Shown here: one piece after another, positions 63,013 to 64,000 of the stretch
Layout of the letters: each line of letters opens with the position of its first letter
Numbering within the stretch: position 1 is the stretch's first letter
Assembly: GCA_963755915.1 (NCBI GenBank)
Contig: CAVWLP010000003.1
Coordinates: 1,312,001-1,376,000 of the forward strand
Origin: an uncultured Phycisphaerales bacterium
GTDB lineage: Bacteria; Planctomycetota; Phycisphaerae; Tepidisphaerales; Tepidisphaeraceae
DNA: 64,000 nucleotides
Reading direction: 5' to 3'
Position numbers and translations under genes: made by a program
The notes under the pieces: generated by a model
What the model saw: only the letters and a program-made list of their open reading frames with translations
What the model was told of the DNA's origin: nothing
The model's database searches: none

Positions 63013-63966
63013 TTAGTAGTTGTAGGAAGTCGGCAGCAGCACGCTGTCGTTGGCTACGTAGGGTGAGCCAACCAGGTCCTGGCCCGTGGTACCCCAGGTG
63101 GGACCGCCGCGGGTGTAGATGTTGTCACGGTCGGTGCCGACGAACGGATTGTTGTCGAACTCGACGTGACCGTCACCGAACAGGACGTTCTGCCCGTCCT
63201 TGCCATGGTTATCGCTGTTGCCGTAACGCATGGCCTGGCTCGAGCTGCTGGTGTTGGGGTACATCACATTGTCGTTGCTGCCGGCGCCGTTGCCGGTGCC
63301 GGGATTGATGTCCGCCGCCACCGCAAACGTCGGCTCCAGACCCTGAACCATCTTATACCCGGAGCCAAGCGCGTTGGTGTCCGGATAGGGGCAGGCATAG
63401 CTGTAGCTCAGGTTGTTCTGGATGTTGGTGAAGTCGATCTGGTTCAAAGCGGTGTTGGTCCCGCCGCCGTACACATCCGCCGTCGCGTTGGAGCTGGGGC
63501 AGACGAACACGGCCGAGGTGATGTCCTCCGTGCGCAGCAGGAGGAACAATGCCTCGGGAACATTGTTGGTGAACGACGTCGAATTGGGGGTCAAGGTACC
63601 CGACAGGTTGAACGGATCGGTCTGGCCCATGCCGACAGCCGGGCTGCCCATTCCACTTACCGAAATGGTGGGGGCGACGGTCAGGGTCATCGTTGCCCCG
63701 CCGGAATAAATCCCGCGGGGATAGGGACCCTTGTTGTCGTTGGAATAGAGCAGGATGGCCTGCCCGATCTGGCGGAGGTTGCTGGCGCACTTGACGCGGT
63801 TGGCCGTTTCACGGGCCCGGTTCAAGCTGGGCAGCAGGATCGAGATCAGCAGGGCGATGATCCCGATAACCACCAGGAGTTCAACCAGAGTAAACCCACG
63901 TGGGGTAAACCCTCGTTTTTCGACGGCACCCGAAGGATCGGGGCTCGTCTGGTACGTACGCTTCAT
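63013..63966 (-). CDS. Prepilin-type N-methylation / H-X9-DG (DUF1559-like) protein
   Basis: [28 protein letters not shown] and [15 protein letters not shown]. Confidence 0.92.
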   Translation of the reverse strand: MKRTYQTSPDPSGAVEKRGFTPRGFTLVELLVVIGIIALLISILLPSLNRARETANRVKCASNLRQIGQAILLYSNDNKGPYPRGIYSGGATMTLTVAPTISVSGMGSPAVGMGQTDPFNLSGTLTPNSTSFTNNVPEALFLLLRTEDITSAVFVCPSSNATADVYGGGTNTALNQIDFTNIQNNLSYSYACPYPDTNALGSGYKMVQGLEPTFAVAADINPGTGNGAGSNDNVMYPNTSSSSQAMRYGNSDNHGKDGQNVLFGDGHVEFDNNPFVGTDRDNIYTRGGPTWGTTGQDLVGSPYVANDSVLLPTSYNY

Positions 63967-64000
63967 ACGAAGCTCCTTTCAGAATGCGTCACATCCAAAG

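Overview
GC-rich bacterial window, most likely a planctomycete of the Phycisphaerae/Tepidisphaerales type. This is inferred from the DUF1559 prepilin-like genes, PEP-CTERM proteins, CGYDLRATP zinc-ribbon proteins and tandem groEL paralogues. Single-base frameshifts are common even in housekeeping genes and look like assembly errors. In order, the window holds: a GT2 gene, a membrane protein gene and lpxA; a groEL-groES-groEL-dnaJ-grpE-fmdB-yacG chaperone cluster with two toxin-antitoxin-type pairs inside it; an intact IS4 element; a 273-bp MITE that splits a SnoaL-like gene; sthA, a GH27 gene and lipid genes; a cassette-like array (26.9-30.0 kb); ychF and amt; a decayed integrative element at tRNA-Arg(TCG) (35.2-42.65 kb); a cold-shock/lipid-desaturation-like cluster with RRM genes; and an IS21 element carrying a 12 x 24-bp repeat that interrupts a TIR-domain gene. 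The best candidate for an undescribed system is the array. There, two alternating transposase-tail-derived scaffold repeats flank exchanged payload genes, four of which encode membrane proteins with a variable N-terminal part and a constant C-terminal zinc ribbon.
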